A stretch of DNA of 63,755 bases, filler included, from Octopus bimaculoides (Eukaryota): assembly GCF_001194135.2 (NCBI RefSeq). It is 5 parts of 5 records of this genome, joined end to end, with 100 filler letters (N's around TTAATTAATTAA, not from the genome) between each part and the next. Parts side by side here need not be neighbours in the genome. Positions count along the whole stretch, not along the records: positions 1 to 25,524 come from NC_068982.1; positions 25,625 to 44,671 come from NC_068999.1; 3 more parts are not named here. One strand, 5' to 3'. The stretch's first letter is position 1; each line of letters begins with the position of its first letter. Under the pieces are notes generated by a model. The model did not search any database, was not told the DNA's origin, and was given only the letters and a program-made list of their open reading frames with translations. The position numbers and the translations under genes are program-made. Shown piece after piece: positions 13,901 to 28,010 of the stretch.

Positions 13901-15730
13901 AATGCTTCCATCAAGATTTGGAAGTTTCGTTTTTATAACCATGTGTCTTTGACAACCTTTAGTTGTTTTTGTGTATGTCATTCCACCTATAATTGTTTAT
14001 TTCGGCCTTCGAAAAACACTGCTACATAATGTCAAAATGCATGTTTCTTCTGTCATGAATTACAAAATTTTCTGTATTTATGACGACAATTTATTTTATA
14101 GGACAATTAATAAATTTAAATTTGTCTAAATATATATTCTAGAAGCAACTCTACGACAAATGTCAACATCAAAAACACGAAACGCTTCCGACATCAGGAG
14201 TGTAAAGAACAAGAACAATATTCTATAATTTCTAATGAAATTCAATGTGTGTAGTCACAAGACATTCGGACCATTAAACACGCAGGAATCATGAAATTCC
14301 GTCGAAAGACACACGCTTCAGTAGCGACAATTATAATATGGTAGAATAAAGTCAGGAGTCGTAATTATGAAGAATACGTACCAAATATATGCGTACAACT
14401 ATTCAGAGCGTCAAGTATATTGTTTGATGTATACAACACTCGCCACATGTTGTCAATATCTATTGACTAAAGAGGGATTACGTATCTTGACATTTAGCAG
14501 ATTGGATTCTGCCTCAACAACATTAGACACAATAATAGAACAGATAGCTAAGTAAGTCGGCAACAGTAGAATCGTTGTGTATCAATCTTACTAATGCATT
14601 TAAAATTGTACTTGAAACGTCAAAGAGTACATACACTGAAGAATATTAAGCTTTTAGTTGTTTCGCACTTTTAGAATTACGTGAGATGAAGTTTCGGGCG
14701 TGGCATACCATTCATACCACTTTGGAGCACCACTGAGATCCATATATCTAAAATTGACTAAAGCAACATAATTTAACCTGATTTTCATGCCCGGCAATGC
14801 AGTCACTTATGGGAGTAAAATAATATATAATAAGTCAAATTTCACGTAGTGATATCACAAAAAAATATTTAACCTACTCACTGTAATATATAGCTGCTAC
14901 CGTTGTAATATACCAACTTTATGATTAATGTCGTCAGTAGAAATAATTGTCGCAAGATACACTGACTTCTAACAGGCATAATGAAATCGTCCCAACAATA
15001 CTTCATGCCAACATGACTGCAAAAGTCTGACGTTGGCAAACCATACTGAATGAATATGTCTCATGTTAATAGAAATATCTTCAGACAGGTTCACAAACAA
15101 TGTCTTTTAGGAGCACGTGTTGTTCACTCCATGTCTATAATAAAAACAATGAAGGCAACACAGGTATTAAGATAGCATGAGCAGTGATTCCATGGTTACG
15201 AGTATATTTCACAGATTCAAAGCATAGGCTGACACTGATAAAACATTCTTCATATTCTTTGGATATCACAAATTGTTGAAATGAAGATTAGAGTTCATAT
15301 CCAAAATTAAATGAAATAATACGTATTATAAGACTATAATACGATCTACTGCATAATGGTTCGTAATTATTGAAGTGAAACATTTTTTGAACTCTCTACA
15401 AATATTTCATAGATATTTACAGCAATCAGTTTTTAAACATTTTCTGTCAGCTGTTCTGCATTATCTTGAAGGTATGTCAGTTATTTTCTTCTTTTTTTTT
15501 ATTTAATTAGAAGAAAATCTTCAATTTTTCTATGGAATTCTGTACAAGTTTTTGACATATATTTGTATATGTACCTAAGCACCTGACTTAATTTTCTATA
15601 AACAGTCTCTTATCCTTCTCTTTTCCAATCTCTCATACAAAGTGAAGGTGGTGCAAGTGTTACTCTGTGCACTTGAATGTGTCTAGGTATGTGTTTCTTT
15701 GTTGTTTTGTTTGTGTGTGTGTGTGTGTGT

Positions 15731-15767
<37 letters not shown>

Positions 15768-17269
15768 TATGAGTGCGTACGTGTGTGTGCGCTTGTGCAT
15801 GCGTGTGAGTGCATGTGTGTGAGTGCGTGTGTATGAACGTGCATTTTGTTTTAGACTTGGTTGTTATTTATTTGAAGGTTTTTGTTTCCATTAGCATCTT
15901 CTTCCTATTTTAATTACTTTGACCTCATCATCTGCTACTTTTATTGCTGTCAACGACTTCCTCCTTGCTCTTTAATATTTCCTCATTTATCCGACATTCA
16001 CACTTTTCCGTCTTTTTGTCAGTTACATAGATATTAACCACTTTCATTCTTGTCCAGTTTTATACACCTTCATAATAATTATGCGTTTCTTTATGATATC
16101 ACAGTACATAACTCTGTCATAATAACTACAAACACGATATAGGATTTTTCCTGGTGTACTCCCGACACTGCTGGTTCATTGCCTTATTGGGTATCAATAT
16201 TTGTGTATGTATCTTTCTTCACTCCAAAATCTTCATTGTGTTTCTGCTTCTGTTTGTGTTGCTTCTCATTCCATACTTACCTAAATTAAACTTAAATCCT
16301 TCATATTTTTAGATTTATGTCTAGAAAAACAGGAAAAGTATTAAATAATTTGAAAGTTAAACTGTTGTGTCGCACCCCCAGGTGAAGAAGTAGGATCTCC
16401 TAAGACATATAAATAGAGGTAGTCTGGACGTGTTAGGAGTGTTGATGTAGCAGTCGAGTAGCAGTTGTGTAGCGGTTGAGTAGAGATCATCCGAAGGTGC
16501 TAGATAGCAGTAGCTTGATACATAACGTAAACGATGCTAGAAATCCTATATTTGAGAATTATAAGTTTAAATTTTTCAGATATAACATCTGTGTGTTTTG
16601 GTTTTCTTTTTGAATAATAATTTGTCGTGTTACGCAGGCACATGAATACATACGTATATGTGTGAGTGTACTAATGCGTATGCATATTTGAAGAAATGTA
16701 CAGTATAAAACGTAATTGTAGTCACAGAACTGAGGTTATTGAGATTGAAAATGAATAAGTGCACAGGTTACCTGCAATACTTTAGGCGGCAATCATATTA
16801 AAATTGTTGCTTAAGGCATGAAACCTACTGAGCGGTTTTCATTCATAACCGGCATACATGCAAGCCTACAATGCATATAAATGCTGTCTAGTATGTTCCA
16901 TCAATGATCTGATAATAATATATATTAAATGCTTCAGATCTTTCATATGAAATCATTTCTAAATGGCATTGATCTCTTCGATAATATAAACAATAAATTA
17001 TGTCATTGAGATTTCGTTGCTGAGCATGTTTCTATGTCACGACCACTCTTTAAGCAATAAATTTTCTGAGGAAAATATTTTTAGAGAATGCTGTTCTATA
17101 TTCTTACTTTAATTTTAGTATCGACGGGGAATGCTGGAAAACCCATGGTATATTTCTTTCCCATAAATGTCAATGTGTTTGAATTCTAACGATAATGTAT
17201 GCTGGCCATACATGTGTTCATTTGTTCATTTGAAATGCTTTTGTTTTCTTTCAACAACTGTTATAAGTT

Positions 17270-17365
17270 ACATTTTCCTAAAATGTGCGATTTAAATATT
17301 TTACCCGATTTTCTTTCACATTTTCCTAAAATGTACTATTGAAACATTTGTACCCGATTTTCTCT
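17270..17365. repeat. 48-bp tandem duplication
   Basis: acattttcctaaaatgt...acccgattttct occurs at 17270 and 17318. Confidence 0.85.
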
Positions 17366-17700
17366 CAAGCAATATTAAAAAAAAGTACTTAAATTCAGCA
17401 GATTACTCTCAAACTGATCGATGGTATCGATTTCAAAGCATGTTGTACTTAGAAATATCTGGACATAATCATGAGAGTCAAGCATAGGTATCAACGCATG
17501 CGTAATACTTGGCGAGTATTACGCATGCGTAATAAAGCTGCATAATACTTGGCGAGACGTTAAAAAATAAAAGCTAAATTTAAGTCTCTTTTACAGAAAA
17601 TCTACTGAAAGTTCAATATTGTATATTAGATGATCTCACTACTCGTTATCTAAAAAACGTTAGACAGGAAATAACCTAAGGTAGTTGGGTTTATTTCAGA

Positions 17701-17703
17701 TAC

Positions 17704-17758
<55 letters not shown>

Positions 17759-17804
17759 TACATACATACACATATATANNNNNNNNNNNNNNNNNNNNNN
17801 NNNN

Positions 17805-17867
<63 letters not shown>

Positions 17868-17895
17868 CGTGTGTGTGTATGTGTGTGTGTATGTA

Positions 17896-17929
<34 letters not shown>

Positions 17930-17960
17930 CATATATATACATACATACATACATACATAT
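17701..17960. repeat. (CA)n/(TA)n/(TG)n compound microsatellite around a gap
   Basis: Direct reading. Confidence 0.95.
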
Positions 17961-18871
17961 AGATAAATCATATATAAAAGACATGATATAACAGTAAGCT
18001 TAAGGAATTTTAGTCTATTATTAAAATGTGGCCAAAAAAAAACAAAAAAAAATAACTGAGCTGTACCCCAGTATCACATCAGTTTCATGTCTGAAACTAG
18101 CAGCGTTAGTTAAACTATAATAAACGTAATTTTTTTCCGATTCTTTACAGCTAGAATATTATGTTCCCGATTGTCGCAACATGTTCAGTGGATATAAAAG
18201 ACAAACGCTGCTAACATCAGCAATTCTTTTGCATCTTTTGTATAAGTGACTGATGATAATGAACTGAAAGTTATTCTATAAACTAAACTCTGGCGGCAGT
18301 GATATCTCATTGTATTGATCGAAAATGACTAATTTGCTTCTTCGCATCCACGAGTTTTAAATTTCTTTTAGTTGACGAAAAAGAGAACTTACGGTGAATT
18401 CATTTCCAGGCTGTTGGAAACAATCTAAATGTGTCAAACAAACAGGAACGACATAAATTCGAGGAATAATTAAAGCAATGTGTGATCATTTCTTGAAAAG
18501 GAGCCTCCTGAATGAGAATTCCGTCGAATATTGAGAATAAAAGAACGAAAGAAATCCAATAACCATATATATTAGAATAAATGTATTTGACATAGCCTCA
18601 CAATCTCGCATAAGAACAGTAATCGTGATGAAGTAAATTAATGTAGCTATAATATCTAAAGTTGGCATAAGTCCACGCACTTGTAAGGAGAGGCGAAAAT
18701 TGATTCAAAATCGAACCTTTTTCACATGTAGGACACAGCCTCAAAGTGAAAAACATAATTAACTAAATATTATGAGTCATTTCATTCGATACACCACAAC
18801 TTTTCCTAACAACAAGGAATATACAACAATAGCATGAACAATAACAATGATACTATTGTAAAAGCAGTGAG

Positions 18872-19030
18872 TTTTCAGAACCGTTAGCATGTAGGACAAA
18901 ATGCTTAGCGGCATTTCGGCCGTCTTAACGCTCTGCGTTCAAATGCTGACGATGTCCACTTTCCCTTTCGTCCTCTCAGGGGCGATAAAGTAAGTACCAG
19001 TTTAGCACTGAGATCGATGTTATCGACTTA
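18872..19030 (+). mobile_element. Decayed SINE family A
   Basis: cagaaccgttagcatgtaggacaaaatgcttagcggcatttc...gttcaaat...gataaagtaagtaccagt. Confidence 0.75.
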
Positions 19031-19149
19031 TTCTCTATCCCGAAATTGATGTCTATGTGATAAAATTTGAAATCCTTAATATTATTGTTATAATATCAAT
19101 GATGATGACGATGATGACAATAACAATAATATAATTGATAATCCTTTCT

Positions 19150-19355
19150 GCAATAGGCACAAGACGTGAAAATTGGGGGAGTGGGATAATCCATTACGTC
19201 GACCCCAATGTTCATCTTGTACTTGTCTTATCGACCCCGAAAGGATAAAAGGCGAGGTTGACCCATTGGATATTAAACTCCAAACTTGAGGACATACAAA
19301 ATACCGCTAAACACTTTTTGGTGTGTGCTAAATATTCTGCAAGTTCTCCACCTTC
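19150..19355 (-). mobile_element. Decayed SINE family A
   Basis: ataggcacaagacgtgaaa...tcgaccccgaaaggataaaagg...ataccgctaa. Confidence 0.75.
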
Positions 19356-19561
19356 TAATTCTTTATACTCTAGGCTGAAGACCTGAAATTTGCGGGGAAC
19401 AACAAGAAGAAAGACGTCGTTGGTGATGCTACTGATGATGATGATGAATTTTATTTGCCATCAGGGAAGCCGATGAGAAGAACAATAGAAAGACAAACAT
19501 AGAATAAAATTATACACACACACACACACACACACACACTTACACACACACATACACACAC

Positions 19562-19593
<32 letters not shown>

Positions 19594-19779
19594 GCACACA
19601 GATACACATATATACGAGAAGAGAGAGAATATGTTCATTGTACACTTCAGTTACAAAAGAGTAGGAAGAAGACGATTTCCTTGATAATATGTTAAACTGT
19701 CGTATGTCCAATTTTGCCAAATAAATTTTCTTTCAATATTTATTTTTACTTACAATAAAGTTCTTTTGGCTAAATTATT

Positions 19780-20960
19780 GCATCTCCAGCTACTTTATAA
19801 GCCAAGATATCAAAAATTGTCAATGTTAAGTACAATGATTTTGCTATGGAATGGTGAAACCATCTTTTCGTTTTCTGAAGAAGCAGCGTTTTAGACTTAC
19901 GACACTTTTGCATAATAGTAACGATGTGATACTTCACATACAGTGGAACCTCTAGGTACACTCGCGGAACTCCACCATCCAAGTTCTCCGTGAACAACAG
20001 GGGCAAGTGTCTACTCTCATTCCACTTTTCCGACTCAAATGTCTACACCTAGAGCGATCCCAATGCCTCATGCCTTTTTCTCCACTTTCACAAAACTTTC
20101 AATGAACCCAATCGAAGACAGCACCTTATTCTCCGTCCTGGATTTCCCTTTTACCTGAAACTTGAAAAAAGTCGATCAGGGATCTACCAAAGAGAAATAT
20201 CTCTATTTTCATGACTTTCGAACTTGTACACCTGATAAGCTTATTCCCTACATCTAAGAGACCAATGAAAACTGACTTATTTACCCAATTAAATGTAAAC
20301 GGTGAAACAATCATGGATATGGTCTCGGCTGACATACGGATCCGTCCCACTCGTAACAGCATATATTCGACATAACCAAACAAGCCCACAGCGGCCGAAA
20401 ACGGAACAAGTTTGTTCAGAATGGTGTCCTCGTCTGGCGCACACCTTTAACGGGCGTGCCTGACAAGTACATCCGTGCCCCTAGACTTTATCTCAAACCG
20501 ATAGCACTCCTGCTTTGAATTGCAGCGATCCGGTCACTGAAAACAGGTCTGAAATCAGCCGCTTTCAGGATAGCCATAAAGCATCAATGGTGGATCCTCT
20601 CAAATGCGTTGGATAGAACTGAATTGATTACAGCCCCACCAAAGCTAGATTTAGTAAGATGCTTCTTTATGCGGTATCGCATAAGAAAGATGTCGTCATG
20701 CTTAGTCCTATTCGAGTGTGCACATATTTATGCTTCCTCAGCCAGACGACCAACGACAAGCAACAAATGTTTCTCTAACACCTTAGCCAAAACTTAGACT
20801 GTGTCAGTAGTGGTGTCATGGGTGGAAAATATACTAGCATGTCCACATTTTCGGTGTCCTTCACGATTAGCGTTAAGATAACCCCAGCTAACAGGACTAG
20901 GAAATTTTCAGTTCTGTTGCAATTTAAGCTAGACGTCTATCAAGATACCGCCGAACGAAT
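19780..20960 (-). mobile_element. Tx1/L1-like LINE fragment (RT N-terminal part joined to the 3' region; internal deletion)
   Basis: Reverse complement of about 20500-20830 aligns with 50720-51050 of the plus-strand copy (ttttggct..ggt.ttag, ggatcgctgcaat); about 20130-20330 aligns with 52210-52420. Confidence 0.75.
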
Positions 20961-21664
20961 GGCTTTAAATGGTCTGTCGTAATATTTCCATCCACCAATA
21001 TTACTCGATTTTTAGATAAATCTAGATAACTATTTTGACTGAGGGACGCACACGCAAACATACACGCAAACATACACACGCATGCACAACACTTGAGTCA
21101 GTGAGCGTATTTCACCGTGAGGTTATGTTTCTGTGTATATGTGTATATGTAAACACAACGTAAATTAGCAATTTTGTTAAGATAGGAATAGGAAAAAAAA
21201 TGACATAATATATCTAACAATACAGATTTGGATGCTACCCAAATATATAATTTATTAATGCCTCCAGTCGTATCATCCTATGTTAACTAAATTGTTTATG
21301 TAGTAAACGTTTTGTATAAATTGTCTCCGCCCGGTAATCACCTTTGAAGGAATCGAATTTCGTACCATATGTTTTATACAACATAATGAAAGTATTAAAA
21401 CCACATTATAAAATGAATGTAATTCGTACAGATACTTATCTCTAATGGTTGCATATTGGTAGCAAGCAAATGTGTTAGCTACCTAGGTTCTGTGTTCGTT
21501 TGAATTTAGTTTTTCAACGGAATATTTCATGATATTAAAGTTTGTGTCAGTACATAAAATAATCAGAATATATAAACACAAAGAGGTGAAACCGGAAGCG
21601 AAGCTAGTGAAGACATCCTTATCAGAGAGTACAGAAAATGATAGATATTGCTTTTTTCTTTTAA

Positions 21665-21835
21665 CCAAGGCAGTTAAGAGTGGATAAGAAGCTCACTTTG
21701 TGAGTCTGTCGGTTCAGGCTCAGTCCTATAATAATGCATTTCGGTCAAGAGCTTGTACTAATGCGCCCTACCGACTGGTGCTTATGTATGAATTTTCTGA
21801 ACTAAACTGTTTGGAAGCCTGTCGTATATGTATAT
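21665..21835 (+). mobile_element. Old SINE family B remnant
   Basis: tRNA-like start followed by aaactgtttggaagcctgtcgtatatgtata, resembling aaactgaaagaagctcgtcgtata of family B. Confidence 0.4.
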
Positions 21836-22009
21836 ACACACTCATATGTGTGTTTATGTATATATAAATATATTTATATCTAAAAGAGTACTACATACGC
21901 ATCAGCTGCGCGAAAAATAGAAGTCAAAATACTTCTTAGGCACAGAAGAATCNNNNNNNNNNNNNNNNNNNNNNNNNNNNNNNNNNNNNNNNNNNNNNNN
22001 NNNNNNNNN

Positions 22010-22058
<49 letters not shown>

Positions 22059-23872
22059 GTATATGTATAATATATAAATATATTTATATCTAAAAGAGTA
22101 CTACATACGCATCAGCTGCGCGAAAAATAGAAGTCAAAATACTTCTTAGGCACAGAAGAATCACCAGTTTAAAACAGGCATTTTAAGAAAAAAAAAAAAG
22201 AAAGATTAGACTATTACTTCCCCCAAGGATGCAGGAGGAATACTTGTTAATTTGATATCATGATTTCGAATTTAGCCCCAATCTCGACTGGATCCCCATC
22301 TATACGCATCTATCTATTGTATATACATATTCGTGTTTATTTCACATATTTTTAACTTACTTTATAGGTGGTTTTTTTTGTTGTTTTTTTTAAGAATGAT
22401 TTGTATATTTCATTGAGAAAACTATTGTAATTTCTGAGGTTACAGATTCACCATGATATTTTTTTCAGAAATTTCCTGTACATCATTACAATGAGACGGA
22501 CAGCAAATATTTGTGTAATAACGTCATGCCAGATATATTCAGAAAATTGTATAATTTATTTACACATTTTGTTTAATTCAGTATCAACAGAGAATACCGC
22601 CCCATTGTACTACTACGCAGCTAGCTGTTATATGTTTTGACCATTTCTAGTTCTGTAACAAATCACAAACATATTACAAAAAAACTAACATGTTGACTTC
22701 AAATATTTGTAGTCGTACTTCTGATTTGCTGATTGTTTTTACTCCATTTTCAAGTGAAAACACGATCAACGTTAAGATTAATGAACTATTTAAAGATAAA
22801 TTACGAACGATAATATAAATAATTGTTCTCATATATCGTAATGTCTCATATCACGATCTATTAAAGTAACATTATTCATATCAACTTATTAGAAAACTAT
22901 TCGTTTCCTGTTACGACTCGTGTGCACTACCCACAGCTCAAGTTTATCAGTTTAATATTTATTTCATCCCAGACCATTTCTTCGTAACTGCAGACAAAAT
23001 GAAGGAGGTATCATGAAAGTGTCTGCGAAAACATCTACGTCATTTTCCCATTGTTCCTAAATAAATATTTGCTAAAAAAAAAGAGTGTTTATAAAAATTA
23101 ATAATTCAATCAGTGCATTACATGCTATAAATTCTCTATTTGTATATACCAGCATAAAGGATGCGGAATTGAAATGACACATATACTTTGTAATGAAAAC
23201 CAACTGTTACTTTTAAACCATGACATTTTTAGTACGGAATGAAAGTATAAAAGTTTTAAAGTATTTTTAAAATAATATAATTCAATGGTTGTAAGCTGTA
23301 AGAAGAAAAGTCCTTGCACGTTAAAAAAAGAAATATATATATACACATATCGTTGATCTCTCAGTATATTCAAATGTGACTAAAAGGTGAATATTGTATC
23401 ATTAACCTCCAAATGAATTCATCATCAACAGAGAAGGCTAACAAGAACATTATTGGAAGGGTATACCCATCCAAAGAATTAACATAGTGTGAGGAGAAAC
23501 GTTTATATATAATTACACATGCCTCTATGAATATATAAATATATGCATATGTGTGTGTGTGTGCTTGTGTGTGCGCCTGTGTGTGTTATATATTATATGC
23601 ATCTAAATATATGTATATATACATGAGTGTGTGTATGTGTGTGTGTACTTACATATATGAGCATATTTGAATTAAATGAAATAAATAGAGCACTGTGATC
23701 GCAGTAAAAAATCTTTGAATAATTTAAAGAACATAAAGAATGTAACTAATAAATTATAAAAGCGATGAAAATTTACCTGAAATATTTACGAGAGTGCAAG
23801 GAACATATATCAAATGATTTATCACCACACATACATACACCACCAATCTATATATATATTTATAATTTTCAA

Positions 23873-23903
<31 letters not shown>

Positions 23904-24105
23904 CAAATACATATATATGTATATATATACATATACACNNNNNNNNNNNNNNNNNNNNNNNNNNNNNNNNNNNNNNNNNNNNNNNNNNNNNNNNNNNNNN
24001 NNNNNNNNNNNNNNNNNNNNNNNNNNNNNNNNNNNNNNNNNNNNNNNNNNNNNNNNNNNNNNNNNNNNNNNNNNNNNNNNNNNNNNNNNNNNGATATATA
24101 TATAC

Positions 24106-24136
<31 letters not shown>

Positions 24137-25222
24137 TATGAACATATATATACACACATATATATATCTGCATATGTATATATATATATACAGATATGTA
24201 TTTATATAGATATGTATATCTATAATTATATGTATATGTATATACATATATATGTGCATACATATATTTGTATGTATATATATACATGGGTATGTGTGTG
24301 TATGTAATATTTCTCTATGTTTTAAGTGCTGTGCGTATGAATATCATTCATATCTATAGGTACCTAAGTGTGTGTGTGTGTGTGAGAGTGCATGTGTTTA
24401 CAAATGTGCACATTCGGAGCTTTTCTGTATGCATATATTTAATTTTAAACGTGTATGCGAGATTCTTGTCAAATATACACTCACATAAATGAGTATTCGA
24501 TTGTAAATATTCGTACATATAAATATGAAGAAACGAAAATTAATGGAAATTATAATTGCTTGTTTCAAATATACAAATATAGAGGCCGAAAGCAACTACA
24601 TGTTACCCCCTCTCCCCTTGAACAGCGAAGTATATTTTAAAATGTAACAGTATTTATGCATACATGTGGGTGTGATTGCATGTATGCGTGCATGTATACG
24701 TACATATGCATTAATGTAAATATAAAATTATATTATAAACACACACACTGATATATATATATATATATACAGACAAGGGTAAATATGTTCATATATGTGT
24801 ATGTGCAGATGAACATGCATATTCAAATCTTTAGGCACGCACGCAAATATTCGTATTTGCATTTGTGAATATCTTTTTTTCTTTCATTTTTTCTTTCTTT
24901 TCTGAAAGGAAAACCTCATATACAAATAGTTATTCCAGCATGTATTTCAGTTTGTTCATTTGTTCCAAATGGAGGCATGAATAAATATTGAAAGTAGCAG
25001 CGTCTCAGCTATATTATCTATTAATGCAAAATTTACGACACCATTAAAAACATACATTGTATTTCTTGAAGGATTAAAAAAAATCATTTAAAATTATATA
25101 TATATATATATACACTCACACATACATACAAACACGCACACACATATACACACACATATACACATGCATACATACATATATACATACATACATACATACA
25201 TACATAAATACATACGTGCACG

Positions 25223-25254
<32 letters not shown>

Positions 25255-25492
25255 CATGACGTGAATCATATTAATGTGCTTTATTCAGAGATTGAATTTT
25301 CAATAGATAATTTATCAATGATTTACACTCGTGAATATCGCATTTAAAATATTCATACCTATACAATTACATGTGCGCACGTATTTTAATATTCAGAAAA
25401 TATGTCACGTGCTTCTTCATTCGATAAAAGCACTAACATTCACTCTGATATAAGCATAAGAACAAATGTACCCTCACCTATACATACTGAGC

Positions 25493-25524
<32 letters not shown>

Positions 25525-25624
25525 NNNNNNNNNNNNNNNNNNNNNNNNNNNNNNNNNNNNNNNNNNNNTTAATTAATTAANNNNNNNNNNNNNNNNNNNN
25601 NNNNNNNNNNNNNNNNNNNNNNNN
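25525..25624. other. Artificial 100-bp scaffold spacer N44-TTAATTAATTAA-N44 (also 44672-44771, 53118-53217, 61562-61661)
   Basis: Four identical 44+12+44 structures; the 12-mer has stop codons in all six frames. Confidence 0.9.
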
Positions 25625-25671
25625 ATATATATATATATATATATATAGTGTTGTGTGGACACACACACGCG

Positions 25672-25702
<31 letters not shown>

Positions 25703-26644
25703 GTCCTCTGTCTCACTTTCTCTCTTTCTAGCTGTATTTCACCCTCAACAATTTTTCTCAACTACTAAAAATGCATTGTGATGTATATTTTGATTTCTCC
25801 CCTTCCTTCCAACCCTCTAATAGTTATTGCGACAGACAGACCGAAGGAGACCCCCTTCTCTTCAATAAATGAAATGACAAAAAACCTCACAGAGTAAAAT
25901 ACTTTTTACGAAAATAGTTGCATTTATCCACCAAAATACAGTAAGAACAAGGTATTTTCGTTTCTTAGATAAAATATGGCGCATTTTCACTCATGCATCA
26001 ACTGGATGTCAGTATTTTAAACATATATCTGCTATCTGCCCCTATTATGTTTTATTTTCTTAATTTTCGAAAATTCATCCATGTAAACTACACGTCTTTA
26101 AAGAAATAATGTATATTTTCCACTGAATGTGTCACCTACTGCTAGCAGATTAAACATCGATAAATATACACCCTCTTAGGCTTGAATGCCTAATCTTTAT
26201 TAGAAACGATATAGCTGTCACTGGACTATAGTCAATATGCATATTTTCGGATAGCTCGATCTATGTAAAGTAAGCGTTACGGAAATACTTGAGAGCTACA
26301 GAATGTTTTCTTAGTTGCTAACGTTTAGATCATATCGACCTAGGAAGCTGAAACAGAGCGATGACATCTACTTGGCAAGGATTCTTCAACTGCTATGAAG
26401 AATCCATTATATTATGTTTCATTTACTGATAAAAGGAATCTATTTCAAGTTGCTTTGTCCCTGATGTCACTGTCACATCTATAATACAAAAAATTAATAT
26501 GTATATATTTCATTTACAATTTCAGTATTAAGAAGCACAATTGGATTTTAAATAAGAGTTAGCCACATTTTACAAAAGGTTTCATATATGTAAAATACCG
26601 TGCCATGGACAAAATAAACATAATTTGTCTAAAATTGATCTCTT

Positions 26645-27055
26645 TTTACTTGTTTACTCTTTTATTGTTTCAGTCATTTGACTGCGGCCACGTGGACCAC
26701 CATCTTTAGTCTATCAAATCGACACCGAGACTTATTCTTTGTAAGCCTAGTACTTATTCTAATGGTCTCTTTTGCTGAACCGCTAAGTTAAGGGGTCGTA
26801 AACACACCAGCATCGGCCGTCAAGCGATGTATGGGGAAAACACAGACACACAAACACACATATATAAATATATACATATACATATATATGACGGGCTTCT
26901 TTCAGTTTCCGTCCACCAAATCCACGCAGAAGGCTTTGGTCGGCCCGAGGCTATAGTAGAAGACACTTGCCCAAGGTGCCACGCAGTGGGACTGAACCCG
27001 GAACCACGTGGTTGGTAAGTAAGCTACTTACCACAATGCCACTCCTGTGCCTATC
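26645..27055 (-). mobile_element. Full-length tRNA-derived SINE family B with internal (TA/CA) tract
   Basis: Reverse complement starts aggcacaggagtggcattgtggtaag (A box), ggttccgggttcagtccc (B box), core ggcaccttgggcaagtgtcttctac; homologous to 53439-53820. Confidence 0.9.
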
Positions 27056-27522
27056 TGTGACGTATATCCATTGAACATTGCATATCTCTTTCATAATTGT
27101 TTTATATTTTACTAGTTGCTATCATTTGTATACAAGTATGCGTGAGGAATTATTTTCAGCAATTTCAGTAGACTTTATCAACCCTCATAGATTGTGTGGT
27201 TCTTGGATTAAACATCTCTAAAACAGCAAAGTAATTGCGACGTAAATATAGGATTCCTAATGGAGCACTGTCTATCATTCCTAGTTAACATGCACACGTA
27301 GGTACACGCGCACACTTGTGCGTGTGTGTTTGTCTGTTTGTTTGTGTGTTTGATTGTGTGTATATATTCAATGGTCTTCCGTACAGATTGCTGTTTATTT
27401 TCTGTCTACAATAATAACCTCGCCATATCGTGGTTCACTTATCGCAGTGTATTATTTAAGCTTGCGTCTATTCTTCTGTGATGTTGTTTTGCATTTATCA
27501 TAAAAGGAATATATACACATTA

Positions 27523-27557
<35 letters not shown>

Positions 27558-27809
27558 TACATTATGCTTCTACTTCGCTGATTTTCACTAGTCACGCCCG
27601 TTTGGAACATGGCACTCGCAGTAGTCGAATGATTACTGTATTTTCTGTTCATTTTCAATTTTATTTTCAAATCTTTTGACAACTGAGGCGATAATCAATA
27701 TCAAATTCTCAATACTCTGGATTGAGCCCACAACCACAGGTGTGTGTTTGGTAATTCTTACAACTATGCCAAAATTTATTCTTGCTTCCGTTATAAATAA
27801 GAGGGAATA

Positions 27810-28010
27810 TAATGATTCCACTTTCTGCACTCAAAATATTGGATTTCTGGAAATCGATTCCAACGACCTATTCGATTATTTTGGAGTTAACGTCATCCAA
27901 GTTTGACATTATTTAGTGAAGCATGTTCAGATTTGTACACTGGCAGATGGGTCTTATCGGCAAGATATCCATTGCAAAACGTTCAGGGTAATTCACTGAT
28001 GCGGAACTTT
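27810..28010 (+). mobile_element. Possible decayed hAT transposase C-terminal dimerisation domain
   Basis: KILDFWKSIPTTYSIILEL then (frameshift) FSEACSDLYTGRWVLS loosely resemble (L/I)xFWK..YPxL and SExxFSxxGxxL motifs. Confidence 0.25.

Noticed and set aside
21861-22162. About 92-bp direct repeat on both sides of the 21953-22009 gap
   Set aside because: Identical sequence ending exactly at the gap edge is typical of unmerged contig overlap.
25569-25580. Recurrent TTAATTAATTAA island inside N runs (4 copies) as a biological motif
   Set aside because: Always exactly N44-12-N44 = 100 bp with stops in six frames; an artificial scaffold spacer.
27917-27987. CTLADGSYRQDIHCKTF resembling a chitin-binding (CBM14) motif in a possible micro-exon
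   Set aside because: Short, lacks the following Cys residues, has weak splice context and overlaps a possible hAT remnant in another frame.
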